From positions 61,876,001 through 61,940,000 of the forward strand of contig NC_042998.1 of the NCBI RefSeq assembly GCF_006345805.1: 64,000 nucleotides of DNA. Reading direction: 5' to 3'. Within the stretch, counting starts at the first letter, position 1; each line of letters opens with the position of its first letter. This document shows, piece by piece, positions 39,374-50,859 of the stretch. This stretch comes from Octopus sinensis (Eukaryota). Under the pieces are notes generated by a model. That model was not told where the DNA came from, did no database searches, and saw only the letters and a list, made by a program, of their open reading frames with translations. The translations under genes were made by a program, and so were the position numbers.

Positions 39374-41104
39374 TATATATATATAATAAAATACAGGTAT
39401 ATCAATTTGTAAACAATTCAAGAAAGAAAAATATAGCTCCTTGGCAGGAAACGAACTACATAAACCTCACTGGATTGTCTGCGCGCACACACACACACAC
39501 AGATGTTTATTATTATTTATTATGGCGGGGAGCTGGCAGAATAGTTAAAGCGTCGGGTAAGTGCCAAGCGGTTTTTCTTCCGGTTCTTCACGTTCTGAAT
39601 TGTAATCCCGCCGATATAAATTTTCCCTTTAATACCTCGAGGATCGATAAAAACAAAGCACCAGTGAAGTAATGGTATCGACTTACCCCTCCCCTTCAAA
39701 AATCACAGCCTTGTGTCAAAATTCCTAAGAATATATTATTGTTATTATAATTATTATGGCGATGGGCTGACAGAATCATTAGAGATTCAATAAAAAAAAA
39801 TGCTTTGCGGTATTTTGTACCGGCCCTTGGCGGTTTGGGTTCAAATCTTGCCGAGGTCAAATACTGCCTCTCAACCTTTCGGGGCGTCGATAAAATAAAG
39901 TTCCTGTCAAGTACTGCGATCAATTAACTACCCGTCCCCCGCTCAAAATTACTGGCGTTGTGCCTCAATCGAAAGTACAAGTAGTATTAGTAGTGGTAAT
40001 TAAAGTGTATGTGCGCGCGCGCGATAAAGTATGCATTTGTGAACAATTGAAGAGAAAAACAAAATCGGAGAGACATCAAACCACGCTTATTCTTGCTTAT
40101 ACAGTTTTTAATATATTCAAAAGTAAAGTCGCAAAGTTATACAATCTTAAATATACAAGCAGTGTGTATAATGTAGCGCTTGTTTCTTACAAAATCAATG
40201 CTTAAATTGGTTTACTTATAGATTTGTTCCGCTGATTTCTTCAGTCAAACTAGTCGCACATTCTTACATAAAAGAACACTGCATGCATATTAACAGTATT
40301 CTAACTGCAGTGATTAAATGTGTTTAAACGCACGCATTAGTGGACAAGCAAACTAATCGAGTGTCTTCTTTAAAAAATTATTATTTTAAAGAAAATTAAC
40401 TTAAAAAAAAAAGAAAGAAACGTGAATATGAAGAGTGCTGAGCATTGTTACTGATCCATTGATAAGAAGAGTGTATAGACTTCGTTCATTCTTCTCGTTT
40501 GAATTGCCGTAGTTAAAAATACCATTTATACCTGCTTTATAAACAAGGTTGGGATAGAACTTCCTAGTCTTATCTATATAAGCCTCATCATTTATCCTTA
40601 AACTTGTCCGCTTTCAGATTAAAGTCTTGGACGTGAATATATATATATATGTATATATGTGTGTGTATGTATGTATGTATGTATATTATCTTGATTTCAC
40701 GTTTCGTCCCACAATTGTAATAATCTTTATGTATGTATATATATATATATATATACGTGTGTGTATACAAGGTCTCCAAAAAAAGATTACAATTGTGGGG
40801 CGAAACGTGAAATCGAAGAGATAGTACATATGTAAATAACATATTTTAAAAAATATAGGGTCTAAACCAGATGATATATGTATATATCATATCATATATA
40901 TACATATGTATATGTATGTATATATACACACAGCGTATACATACGTATGAAACTAGAGGAATGTTCATAAACGATGGTTTGACACCATTAATATAAAGCT
41001 CTATTTATAAAATTAGACAGAATTTTTTACATGTACACGTATACGAGTCAATAGCTTCAAAGAGATGCGGCAAGTCTGTCAAATAAAAAGTATAAAATAC
41101 TTAC

Positions 41105-41164
41105 TTCTGTATAAAAATTACTAAAAGCTTCTTCAACGTTGTCTGTCGAAGTCGATTCCGCCAT
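41105..41164 (-). CDS. DNAJC8: DnaJ homolog subfamily C member 8, first coding exon (MAESTSTDNVEEAFSNFYTE)
   Basis: Reverse complement reads ccaaaATG GCG...TTT TAT ACA GAA|gtaagt: good start context and a perfect phase-0 donor. EEAFSNFYTE matches the DNAJC8 N-terminal EEAFxxFYSE motif and joins exon 2 in frame. Confidence 0.93.
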
Positions 41165-41189
41165 TTTGGTATGAGTTACTCTCCTGAAA

Positions 41190-41315
41190 TGAGAGATAGA
41201 TAGAAATAAAGAGAGAGAGGAAGAAAAGAAGATAGACAGAGAGTGAGAGAGAGAGAGAGAGACAGACGGAGAGACAGAGAGACGGATAGAGAGAGAAAGA
41301 GAGAGAGAGAGAGAG
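41190..41315. repeat. (GA)n tract immediately upstream of the DNAJC8 start codon
   Basis: gagagagaga/gacagaga run; it is a pyrimidine tract on the sense strand. Confidence 0.9.
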
Positions 41316-42198
41316 CGATCGGAAAGGAGATTGGATGAAAAAAATAAGGGGAGAAGTAAATAAATCAGGGGAGATAATGCAGAACTGAAAGTAGACTAGA
41401 TTTTTTTATAATATTTAATTTTTTTGTACTTTCGTTTTAAGGTAAATTTCTCTACCACCACCGACCACCATTCCCCTGTTTCTTTTGCATACATCATCTA
41501 TGCTGCCCTGCAATTGATTGATTTTATAAATTTAGATGTTTACCATTATGTCGGAATAATGTTTTTGTTTTCTTTTCTTTTCAGTTAGGTTGATCTTTCT
41601 TACAACTTCATTCTCAACTATGAAGATGAAAAGAGTGGAACCTGCTTGTCAGCCTAGCAAATTACAGCAGTGAAAAGCCTGTCAATAAGCACAACAGAAA
41701 GAAAGGGTCATATATGACCTCATGACCGTGTACTCAGTAACCTGGTCCAGTAACCTCACAACCTTTGCCAAATCTGTCATACTTTCCTATAATATCTAAT
41801 AAAGAATTTCAACTCAAAAATATTAATATATTTGTTGAATATATGAACATATAGATATATTCAACAGTTAATCAAACACATATGTTTAGCAAAATATAAA
41901 CCTATTCTTAATCGTTTTCCATGATCATTATCATTATCATTATTGTAATTATTATCATTATTATTGTTGTTGTTGTTATTGTTAAGCCGGTAAGCTTACA
42001 GAATCGTTAGCACACCGGGAAAAATGCTTAGTGGCATTTTGTCCGTTTTCATATTCTGAGTTCAAATTCTGCCAAAGTCAACTTTGCTTTTCATTCTTTC
42101 GGGGTCAATAAAATAAGTACATTGGGGCTGATGTAATCAAGTTACCCCCTCCCCTGGAATTACAGGCTCTGTGGCAAAATTTGAAAATATTATTATTA

Positions 42199-42236
<38 letters not shown>

Positions 42237-42780
42237 GAGTGAGTGAGCAGTGCATGCCATCAAAGTGACACAGGTAAAATATACAAAGCCCAGTATACCC
42301 ATCATGACTACCCATCTGATAAGGGTACACTGGGCACATCCATCATAACCATATGTGGACGACATGGTGAGTTCATATCAAGATAAACAGTGCATGACCT
42401 TGCAGGAGGGGCCCATTAGAATTTTCTTCAGTAGTTAATTCACTCAAAAAGTCCCTGAATAAGGGTTGTTTAAAGATGTTGAATGAAACACTCATGTTTC
42501 TAAAGTTGAATTATCCAAATCCCAAATAATTCCTCTCGATGCATGGCTATGATGCTCTGCCTCTACTTCTGCTAGTGATCAGAGATGCACATATTGTCAG
42601 CTACTTTGGGACATGCTCAAATGGTCAAGGTCAATCAAATGACAAGCAAATCTGTGGTATTGAGCAGAATATTTGGTGTAGCTCATCGTTCATACCAAGA
42701 CAAAGCATATACATAATAAAACTTCCAATCAGTTAAGATCAGAAGCCACAAAAGCCACTGCCTGGTACTGCATAAGGGCA
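42237..42780. mobile_element. Unclassified element of about 545 bp flanked by (AAT)n on both sides; second copy at 49215-49763 in the opposite orientation
   Basis: End-to-end reverse-complement similarity between the two copies; no TIRs or tRNA boxes seen. Confidence 0.7.
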
Positions 42781-43199
42781 AATATTATTATTATATTATT
42801 ATTATATTATTATTATTATTACTAAAGCTGCCGTAATTATTAGAATGCCAAGCTAAAGGCTTAGTAACATTTTGTCCATCCACATGTTCTGAGTTCAAAT
42901 TCCGATGACATCAACTTCATCTTTCATCCTTTGGGGTGTTGATAAAATAAGCACCAGTTGAGTATTGGGGTCAAGGCAATCGACTTAGTGCCTCCCCAAA
43001 AATGTCGGCCTCGTGCCAAAATTTAAAATCATTATTATAATTAATTCTTTCAACTTGGTTTCTATTTCTTTCCAACTGTATTCCTGACACCTAGGGCAAA
43101 GAAACTCACTGTATACATTGGTAGGACATTAAGATAAATTGTTCATTCATAAAATTAAGTTATGTGATAGAAAAAGCAAGGGAAAAAAAAGAAGCCTTG

Positions 43200-43386
43200 A
43201 GTAGATTTGGTAGATGGAAACTGAAAGAAACCCGCTGTCATGTATATATATATATATATATACATATACATACATATATATATACATACACACACACACA
43301 CATATATATACATATATATATACATACATATATATATACACATATATATACATACATATACATACATATATATATACATATATATA

Positions 43387-43430
<44 letters not shown>

Positions 43431-43640
43431 ATATATTTGTACCTGTGTTTGTTATTTGTACCTGTGTTTGTCCCTCCACCATTGTTTGACAACCGATGGT
43501 GTGTTTACCTCCCCGTCACTTAGCAGTTCAACAAAAAGAGATTGAAAGAATAAGTACTAGGCTTACAAAGAATAAATCCTGGGGTCGATTTGTTCAACTA
43601 AAGGCGGTGCTCCAGCATGGCCACAGTCAGATGACATATT
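43200..43640 (+). mobile_element. Long SINE with a built-in (TA/TG)n microsatellite (head ggctgtgtggtaag..., tail ...gtcaaatgactgaaac)
   Basis: Same bipartite family at about 12740-13110, 23930-24380, 47740-48150, 54775-55170, 35570-36010 and 63900-64000. The microsatellite length differs between copies. Confidence 0.75.
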
Positions 43641-44229
43641 TACATGTGTGTGTGTCTGTCTGTGCATGAGTATGTGTCTGCATGCATAACTCTGGTACAA
43701 AGCTGCATGTTTTGTGACAGGCCCTAAGTCAGTTAAATAGACCCTTGAACAGGCCCTCTTTATGTGTATATATGAGTGACGGGGTCCCTGTCAAATGTAA
43801 TGCTTATTTATTCACATTGTTTTGAATTAATCATGCATTATCTTGTAGCTTAGACATTTCAATGATGTGATGGTATATTTTAAGAATTTCATTGTAAGGT
43901 AGGTGTGAGAGGCTGGATCTGGTCAGTTTGAACATGAAACAGGTAGAATTCTTGGGCCAGATATAACCAGTTTAAGTACTAAAGGGTTAGATAAAAAGGA
44001 TTTTAAACCTTTTAAACATGTTGTACACTTCTAGCAAAAGAAAGATGGCTGCAAACAGGATTTTGTCTTCTCCAGGAAGGTCAACTTTGTCTTTCATATT
44101 TTTCTTTTTTGAGCAGAGGGTCATTGAAATAAAGTACCAACCAAATAATGTGGTTGAGCTAATTGATTTTTTTTCCCATCCCATCAATAAAAAACAAATC
44201 AGATTTGAAGCCTTGTGCCAATATTAGAT

Positions 44230-44600
44230 ATCAACAAGAACATTCAGAGAGCACAAACCTCTTCCAAGTCAACACCAACGTCCTCTCAACGATTAGCCAG
44301 AGATGATTTTTAAAATGAGAATATCTAAAATAAACTTGACTGCTCTCACAAAAGAGAATAATAAAAATGAACCCGACCGCTTTCGAAAATGAAGTAAAAA
44401 AAAAGGGAAAAATAATCCAGAATCCTTGTCCGGTACTGGACTGATCCCAAAATCTAATCAGTTTGTGCTAGTCATGAGGCCAAACATCCCTGAAAGTTTC
44501 ATCCAGATCCATCCAGCGGTTCTTGAGATATCTTATCCACAAACAAACAAACACGACTGAAAACAATACCTCTGCCTTCGCTAAGGCAGAGGTAATAATA
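44230..44600 (+). mobile_element. Helentron/Helitron-like non-autonomous element (HINE type)
   Basis: (ACAA)n followed by a 12-bp terminal hairpin TACCTCTGCCTT-cgct-AAGGCAGAGGTA at 44567-44594. The left boundary is uncertain. Confidence 0.5.
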
Positions 44601-45064
44601 CTGCCAAATAGTGTGTATGTATGTGTATATGTATGTGTGTATGTATATGTGTATGTATGTGTGTATGTATGTATATGTATGTGTGAATATGTGTATGTAT
44701 GTGAATGCATCTATGTTATGTTTGATGGCATATAGTTTTGTGTGTGCATGTGTGTGTGTATTATTTTCTAATTCTGGTACAAGGCCACACATTTTGCAAG
44801 AGAAGCCAAGTCAATTAAATCGACCCCTCCCCCGGAATACTTATGCATATACACAGACACATAGTTACATTTAGACACACATACATACAGATACGTATGT
44901 ATATGCATATACATATGTATATTGTGTATGTGTATGTGTGTGTGTGTGTGTCAGCAGGCAGGTGTTCATGAAGGCTGGCTCATGCTTCCATTCAATACTT
45001 AAAGCCAACCAAGCAACCAAGCAAAGACAAAAGTTTTAGTCAACAGAAAGAACAAGAACAAGGA

Positions 45065-45260
45065 ATTCTCTCACACTCTCTCTCTCTAACTCTCACTTTC
45101 TTTCTTAATCTCTCTCTCTTACTCTCTCTCCCTCTTTCTCCTCAGTCTCTCTCACACACACTCTCTCTCTCACTCTCTTTCTCTCTCCCACTCACTCTCT
45201 TTCTCTCTCCCACTCACTTTCTCTCACTCAAACTCTCACTCTCTTTCTCTCTCTCTGAAA
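45065..45260. repeat. (TC)n-rich low-complexity tract
   Basis: Read directly. Other long microsatellites: (TA)n at 1291-1343, 43240-43437, 46104-46216, 46365-46475 and 55175-55272; (GAA)n at 46718-46757; (AAT)n at 42188-42236 and 49171-49213. Confidence 0.9.
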
Positions 45261-45327
45261 ATATGTGTGTGTGTATCGCTAGCCACTACACATTCTTTAT
45301 TTTCTCTCCTTGTTTCTTTCTGTGTTC

Positions 45328-45363
45328 CTTTCTGAGGAGGAGCATAGGCTCGAAACGTTAAAG
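45328..45363 (+). ncRNA. Minimal type I hammerhead ribozyme motif (PLE-type), apparently intact
   Basis: CTTT | CTGAGGA | G GAGC atag GCTC | GAAA CGTT | AAAG: stem I 4 bp, catalytic core, stem II 4 bp with a tetraloop, palindromic ACGT helix III and a GUU cleavage triplet. Confidence 0.7.
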
Positions 45364-46140
45364 ATTTTTTCACTTCCCGAGCAGTATACTAATACATCTG
45401 TTTGTTTTCTACACCACCTATCTTTGTCTTTTTTTTTTTGTGAATTCTTCCCCTGTATATATATAAACTTACCGTTGACAAGGGCTATGTAGCACTGAAT
45501 GATTAAATAAATGAAAAGTAAACATTAAGAACGGGACATCACCAATGAGTGAAAAATACGTAAACACACAAGAGATATGTATGGGACAAAATACCAACAG
45601 AAGTCTAACTCCTCCTCAGTTGTCGACTGTGATATTACTCCCTGTTTCATGCTTTTAATAAATATGTATACACATATGAAGTGACTGGCATCCATCGTTG
45701 GAATCTCAGCCCATTGGATATTCTGGAGTATATAAAATAATGTATGACCAATACAATATGCACTTTTGGATTAGCCCATAAGGTATTAAAATACACATAA
45801 GGGATAAATTCTCTATATACATAACCTGAATTTTTTCACTGGATGTACTTTGGTTGCAATGATATTTACTCAACTAAAGGAGCTGTTTACAAGTTAAATT
45901 TTGGACCAATCTGGTGCCTATCACTTAAGTACCTGATTCCTTTCAATCCTCATCAACATCATCATTTAACATCTATTGTCCATGCTGGTGTGGGTTGGAC
46001 AGTTTCATTGGGATTGGCATACTGGAAAGCTGTGCCAGGCTCCAGTCTGATTTTCTGGTTTTCTATGGCTGGATGCCCTTCCGAATGCCAACCATTTGCA
46101 AACATATATATATGTACTTGTGTGTGTGTGTGTGTGTATG

Positions 46141-46200
<60 letters not shown>

Positions 46201-46359
46201 ATATATATATATGTATATCATCATCATCATCATCATCATTTAGCGTCCGTTTTCCATGCTAGCATGGGTTGGACGGTTTAACTGGGGTCTGTGAAGCCGG
46301 AAGGCTTCATCAGGCCCAGTCAGATTTGGCAGTGTTTCTACGGCTGGATGCCCTTCCTA

Positions 46360-46422
<63 letters not shown>

Positions 46423-46799
46423 ATATATATATGTATGTGTATATATGTCTGTGTGTGTGTGTGTGTGTGTGTCTATGAAAAATGAGTAGAGATGGCTTTT
46501 TGAGGAGGATAATTTATATTTTAATCTTAATAATAATGTTTACAATGAGTTACTCTTTGAACTTCAAGTAGCTGTTTGCAAACCGAAAAATGCATGGTTT
46601 ACTGGTTGCCTAAATAACAAAAGATTTTTCTTGCAAGTATACATACAAGATAATATACACAGAAAAGGGGTAAAAATATAAAAATATATATATAAAAAAA
46701 ATACAAAAGCATGCAGGAAGAAGAAGAAGAAGAAGAAGAAGCAGAAGAAGAAGAAGCTAAACCAAAAGGAGGATAAAAACCCTGTGCAAGATACATAGG

Positions 46800-47640
46800 C
46801 TGGTCCAAAATATCATAATAACCTAACTGAAAATGAAGTTAATTATTTAACCAGCCTTGTAGCAAAAACCAGTAACTTCTACGGTTTACCCAAGATCTAC
46901 AAATTGAAAGAAATCCAAGATAGCATAAAAGGAAACAATTTAACATATGTTGAAATTCCTAAACTCAGGGATCTGACACCATACCCGATTATTGCAGGAC
47001 CAGCATCAAGTACACAACACTTAAGTAACTTAATAGATTTGAACTTCTTGAAATACATACCTAAAAGTGTCCACCAGTAGACAATTCTTATTAGTTTCGA
47101 TATAAATAGTCTATACACCAATATCCCACATAAACTTGGAAGTGAAGCTATAAATTTCTATTTAACAAAACACCCGAATCATATCATGGAAAGATTCTCA
47201 AAAACCTTCATTTTAGAAGGATTAAAATGAATACTGGAAAATAATCATTTCTTCGACAACAACTTCTACTTACAGATAAAAGGAATGGTGATAGGTACAA
47301 AAGTAGCCCCCACCTATGCAATAGGCTTCCTTGAGGTCAAACTCTATTCCCAACTAACAGAAACATTTAACAAACATTTTTCCATTTATATAAAAAAACA
47401 ATTGGGAACAATATTTGGATGACTGCTTTATATTCTGGACCAAAAACCAAGAAGACTTAGGAATCTTTCGCTCACTTTTAAATAATTTTCATACCTCAAT
47501 AAAATTCGCCATCGAACAACACACAAAGGAATTACCATTTTTAGACATACTTCTAATTAAAGAAAATAACACCTGAAAAACAGATTTCTTCCTCAAACCT
47601 ACAGATGCACACCAATATTTGAACTTTCAGTCCTCCCATC
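46800..47640 (+). pseudogene. Penelope-like reverse transcriptase fragment, degenerate
   Basis: FYGLPKIYK, PIIAGPAS, SFDINSLYTNIPH, YLQIKGMVIGTKVAPTYA and a frameshifted xYLDDCFIFW region are PLE RT motifs. Confidence 0.88.
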
Positions 47641-47657
47641 CCTCACATACTGTATGT

Positions 47658-47712
<55 letters not shown>

Positions 47713-48634
47713 ATATATATACATACATATGTACATAGGTGCAGGCATGGCTGTGTGATAAGAAATTTGCTGCCCAACTACATGGTTCAGGGCTCAGTCC
47801 CACTGCATAGCATGTTGGACAAGTATGTTCTACTATAGCCTCAGGCTAACCAATGCCTTGTGAGTAGATTTAGTAGACAGAAACTGAAAGAAACCCCTTG
47901 TGCGTGTGTATGTGTGTGTGTGTGCGCGCGCATTTGTGTGTGCGTGCGCGCGCATTTGTGTGTGCATGCGCGTGCATTTGTGTGTGCATGCGCATGCATT
48001 TGTGTGTGCGTGCGCACACATTTGTGTGTGTGTCTTTGTGTCTGTATTGCCTCCACCACCATCACCACTGCCTGAGAACCAGTGTTGTGTGTTTACATCC
48101 CCATAAATTTAGCGGATTGACAAAAGAGACCAATAGAATAAGCAACATTGCTACTGGGTTCAATTAATTCAACTAAAATCCCCTCTTATTCATTATAGTC
48201 ATCCAGGCATTAACAGAGGAATTCAAGACAGGCTGCCCCTGGGAGCTCATCTATGCTGATGACCTTGCTCTAATAGCTGAGTCACTACCAGAACTGGAGA
48301 CGTAGTTTAGGGTGTGGAAGCAAGGTCTAGAATCGAAGGGCCAAAACTAAGGCATTAGTAAGTAGGAAGGGTGTCAAATCATAACCTGCTTCAGGCAGAT
48401 GGCCCTGCTTGATCTGTAGAAAAGGCGTACAATATACCTGCTGTAAGCTATGAACACATAAAAGGTGCTGCAATATCAAGGGAAGATTAAATGAGAAAAT
48501 AGTTATTGCATGTGGCAGATGCACTGGGGTAATAAGGGGAGAAACTAGAAGTAGTTAATAGCTTCTACTACCTAAGCAACCAAGTCTGTACTGGGGGTGG
48601 TTGCTCTGAGAGTGTAGCGACTAGAGTAAGAATA

Positions 48635-49176
48635 CAGTTCTATATTTAGGAGATGAGGAATTATGTACATTATTTACATTTGACGGATATTTATCCTCAT
48701 CTTGTTTGTTGTTAACACGATAATAATAACATCGAAAAATACCTTAGGAATAAGAATCCAGGTTTGCATTTTCCCACAAGACACCTGATGAAGGCTGGAG
48801 AGTATATCAGCCGAAATGTTGTGTTACCAACAAACAAGATGAGGACGAATATCTGTCAAATGTAAATAATGTAAATAATGTACATAATTCCTCATCTCGT
48901 AAATATAGAACTGTATTATCTAATCGGTATGGAGCTGACATTAGACTTCAATGGAGACATATAGAGAAACTAGCTCATCTTTCAAACCATCTGACTTTCT
49001 TGTATAGATGTAGAGACTCAAAGCTAATACCACCTGGCTTGAATATAATGATACCAGTAGATTCATATAAAGCTAGAAGAGTAGCGGAAAGGGCAGGGCA
49101 TGCCCTCATCCATGAGAGGATCCATTACAACCGATGGAGAAAACATCAACTGAAACAAGCAGTGTCCTGAATAATG

Positions 49177-49215
<39 letters not shown>

Positions 49216-49957
49216 GCCCTGATGCAGTACCAGGCAGTGGCTCATGTGGCTTCTGATCTTAACTGATTGGAAGTGTTACCATGTACATTGTTTTGTCTTG
49301 GTAGAAAAGATGGGCTACAGCAAATATTCTGCTCAATACCATAGATTTGCTTGTCAGTTGTTTGACCTTAACCAGCTGAGCATGTCCCTTGGTGGCTGAC
49401 GATATGTGCATCTCTGATCACGAGCAGAAGTAGTCGGGGAGCATCATGTGTTGAGAGGGATTCTTTGGGGTTGGAATAATTCACCTCTGGAAACATGGGT
49501 GTTTCGTTCAACATCCTCAAACAGCCCTTATTCAGGAACCTTTTGAGCAGGATGGGTTACTCGACCAGAAGAAAATTCTAACTGGGCCCCTCCTGCAAGG
49601 TTATGTGCTGTTTATCTTGATATGAGATCACCATGTCGCACACATATGGTTGTGATGCATGTGCCTGGTGTACCCTTATCAGACCAGTAGTCATGATGGG
49701 TATACTGGGTTTCATATATTTTACCCCTGTGTCACTTTGATGGCATGCACTGCTCTCTCACTCAATAATGATGATGATGATGATGATGATGATGACAATG
49801 ATGATGATGATGATAACATCGAAAAATACCTTAGGAATGGGAACCCAGATTTGAAATTTCCCCCAAGACACCTGATGAAGGCTTGATGGTATATCAGCCG
49901 AACATTGTGTTAACAATAAACAAGATGAGGACAAATATCCGTCAAACGTAGATAATG
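48635..49957 (+). mobile_element. Non-autonomous Penelope-like element with terminal repeats, hammerhead motifs and a 13-bp TSD
   Basis: Layout: inverted partial terminal repeat, direct terminal repeat with CTGATGA...GAAA, PLE N-terminal ORF remnant (NHLTFLYRCRDSKLIPPGL...HERIH), an internal 549-bp element, then a second terminal repeat. Confidence 0.8.
48780..48825 (+). ncRNA. Minimal hammerhead motif, CpG-decayed (likely inactive)
   Basis: GACAC CTGATGA A GGCTG gagagtatat CAGCC GAAA TGTT GTGTT; the ACGT palindrome has changed to ATGT. Similar degenerate copies are at 9634-9676 (minus), 9911-9956, 18308-18350 and 49867-49912. Confidence 0.6.
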
Positions 49958-50859
49958 TAGAGTAAGAATAGCCTGGGCAAAGTTCAGGGAGCGCCTACCT
50001 CTGCTGGCAACTAAGGGCCTCTCGCTCAGGAGGAAAGGTAGACTGTATGATGCATGTGTGTGAAGTGCCATGCTACACGACAGTGAAACATGGGTCATGA
50101 ATGCTGAGGACATGTGTAGGCTTGAAAGAAATGAAGCTAGTATGATCCACAGGATGTGTAATGTCAGGGTGCATACATGACGAAGTGGAAGCGCCGAGAT
50201 AAAAGTTGGACATTAGAAGCATCAAATATGGTGTGCAAGGGAGGCAACTGTGCTGGTATGGCCATGTGTTATGTATGCATGAAGACAGCTGTGTGAAGAA
50301 ATGCCACTCCCTAACTGTAGAAGGAACCTGTTGTAGAGGTAGACCCAGGAAGACATGGGACGAGATGGTGAAGCATGACCTTCAGACATGTCCAGCCCTG
50401 TAAGGAATACCCCTGATGTGTCAGGCGATATGATATGCTTGAGAAGACATATTGAGTCAAGTAAAACTAATATCGTAGGTGGGGCTGGTGCCCCCTAACT
50501 GGCCACCGTGCCAGTGACCTATAAAAAGAACCATCCGAATGTAGTCGATGCCAGGTCTGCCTGAAAGTTCCCGTGCCAGTGGCATGTAAAAAGCAACAAT
50601 CAAACATGGCTGATGCCAGTACCCCCTGACTGGCTCCCGTGCCAGTGGCACCATCCAAAAGCACCATCCAAACGTGGTCGAAGCCAGGTCTGCCTGAATG
50701 GCTCCTGTGCTGGTGGCACATAAAAAGCACCCACTACACCCTATGAGTGGTTGGCGTTAGGAAGGGCATCCAGTTGTAGAAACACTGACAGATCAGATTG
50801 TATGATACCTGTGTACAAAACGCTATGCTACATAGCAGTAAGATGTGGGCTGTAACTAG

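Larger units (their letters stand above)
34950..41350. promoter_or_regulatory. CpG-retaining (putatively unmethylated) promoter / 5' domain of DNAJC8
   Basis: CG dinucleotides are frequent in both unique sequence and SINE copies here. Copies of the same SINE elsewhere show CpG>TpG/CpA changes. The zone ends just upstream of the DNAJC8 ATG. Boundaries are approximate, judged by eye. Confidence 0.6.
48215..50800 (+). mobile_element. Degenerate RTE fragment split by a PLE-derived insertion
   Basis: 48215-48634 (ELIYADDLALI, PHD region) continues at 49958 (RVRIAWAKFRE...RGRPRKTWDEMVKHDL). The 13-bp sequence TAGAGTAAGAATA is duplicated at 48622-48634 and 49958-49970. Confidence 0.85.

Noticed and set aside
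43147-43545. Stacks of overlapping Y/I/H/T/C/V-rich ORFs (also 20335-20950, 44468-44874, 45843-46485, 47833-48167, 51783-52626, 62903-63427)
   Set aside because: They are translations of (TA)n, (CA)n and (ATCT)n microsatellites, which lack stop codons in several frames.
49390-49440. CTGACGA core in the AAT-flanked element as another hammerhead
   Set aside because: There is no convincing stem II or GAAA/UH partner.
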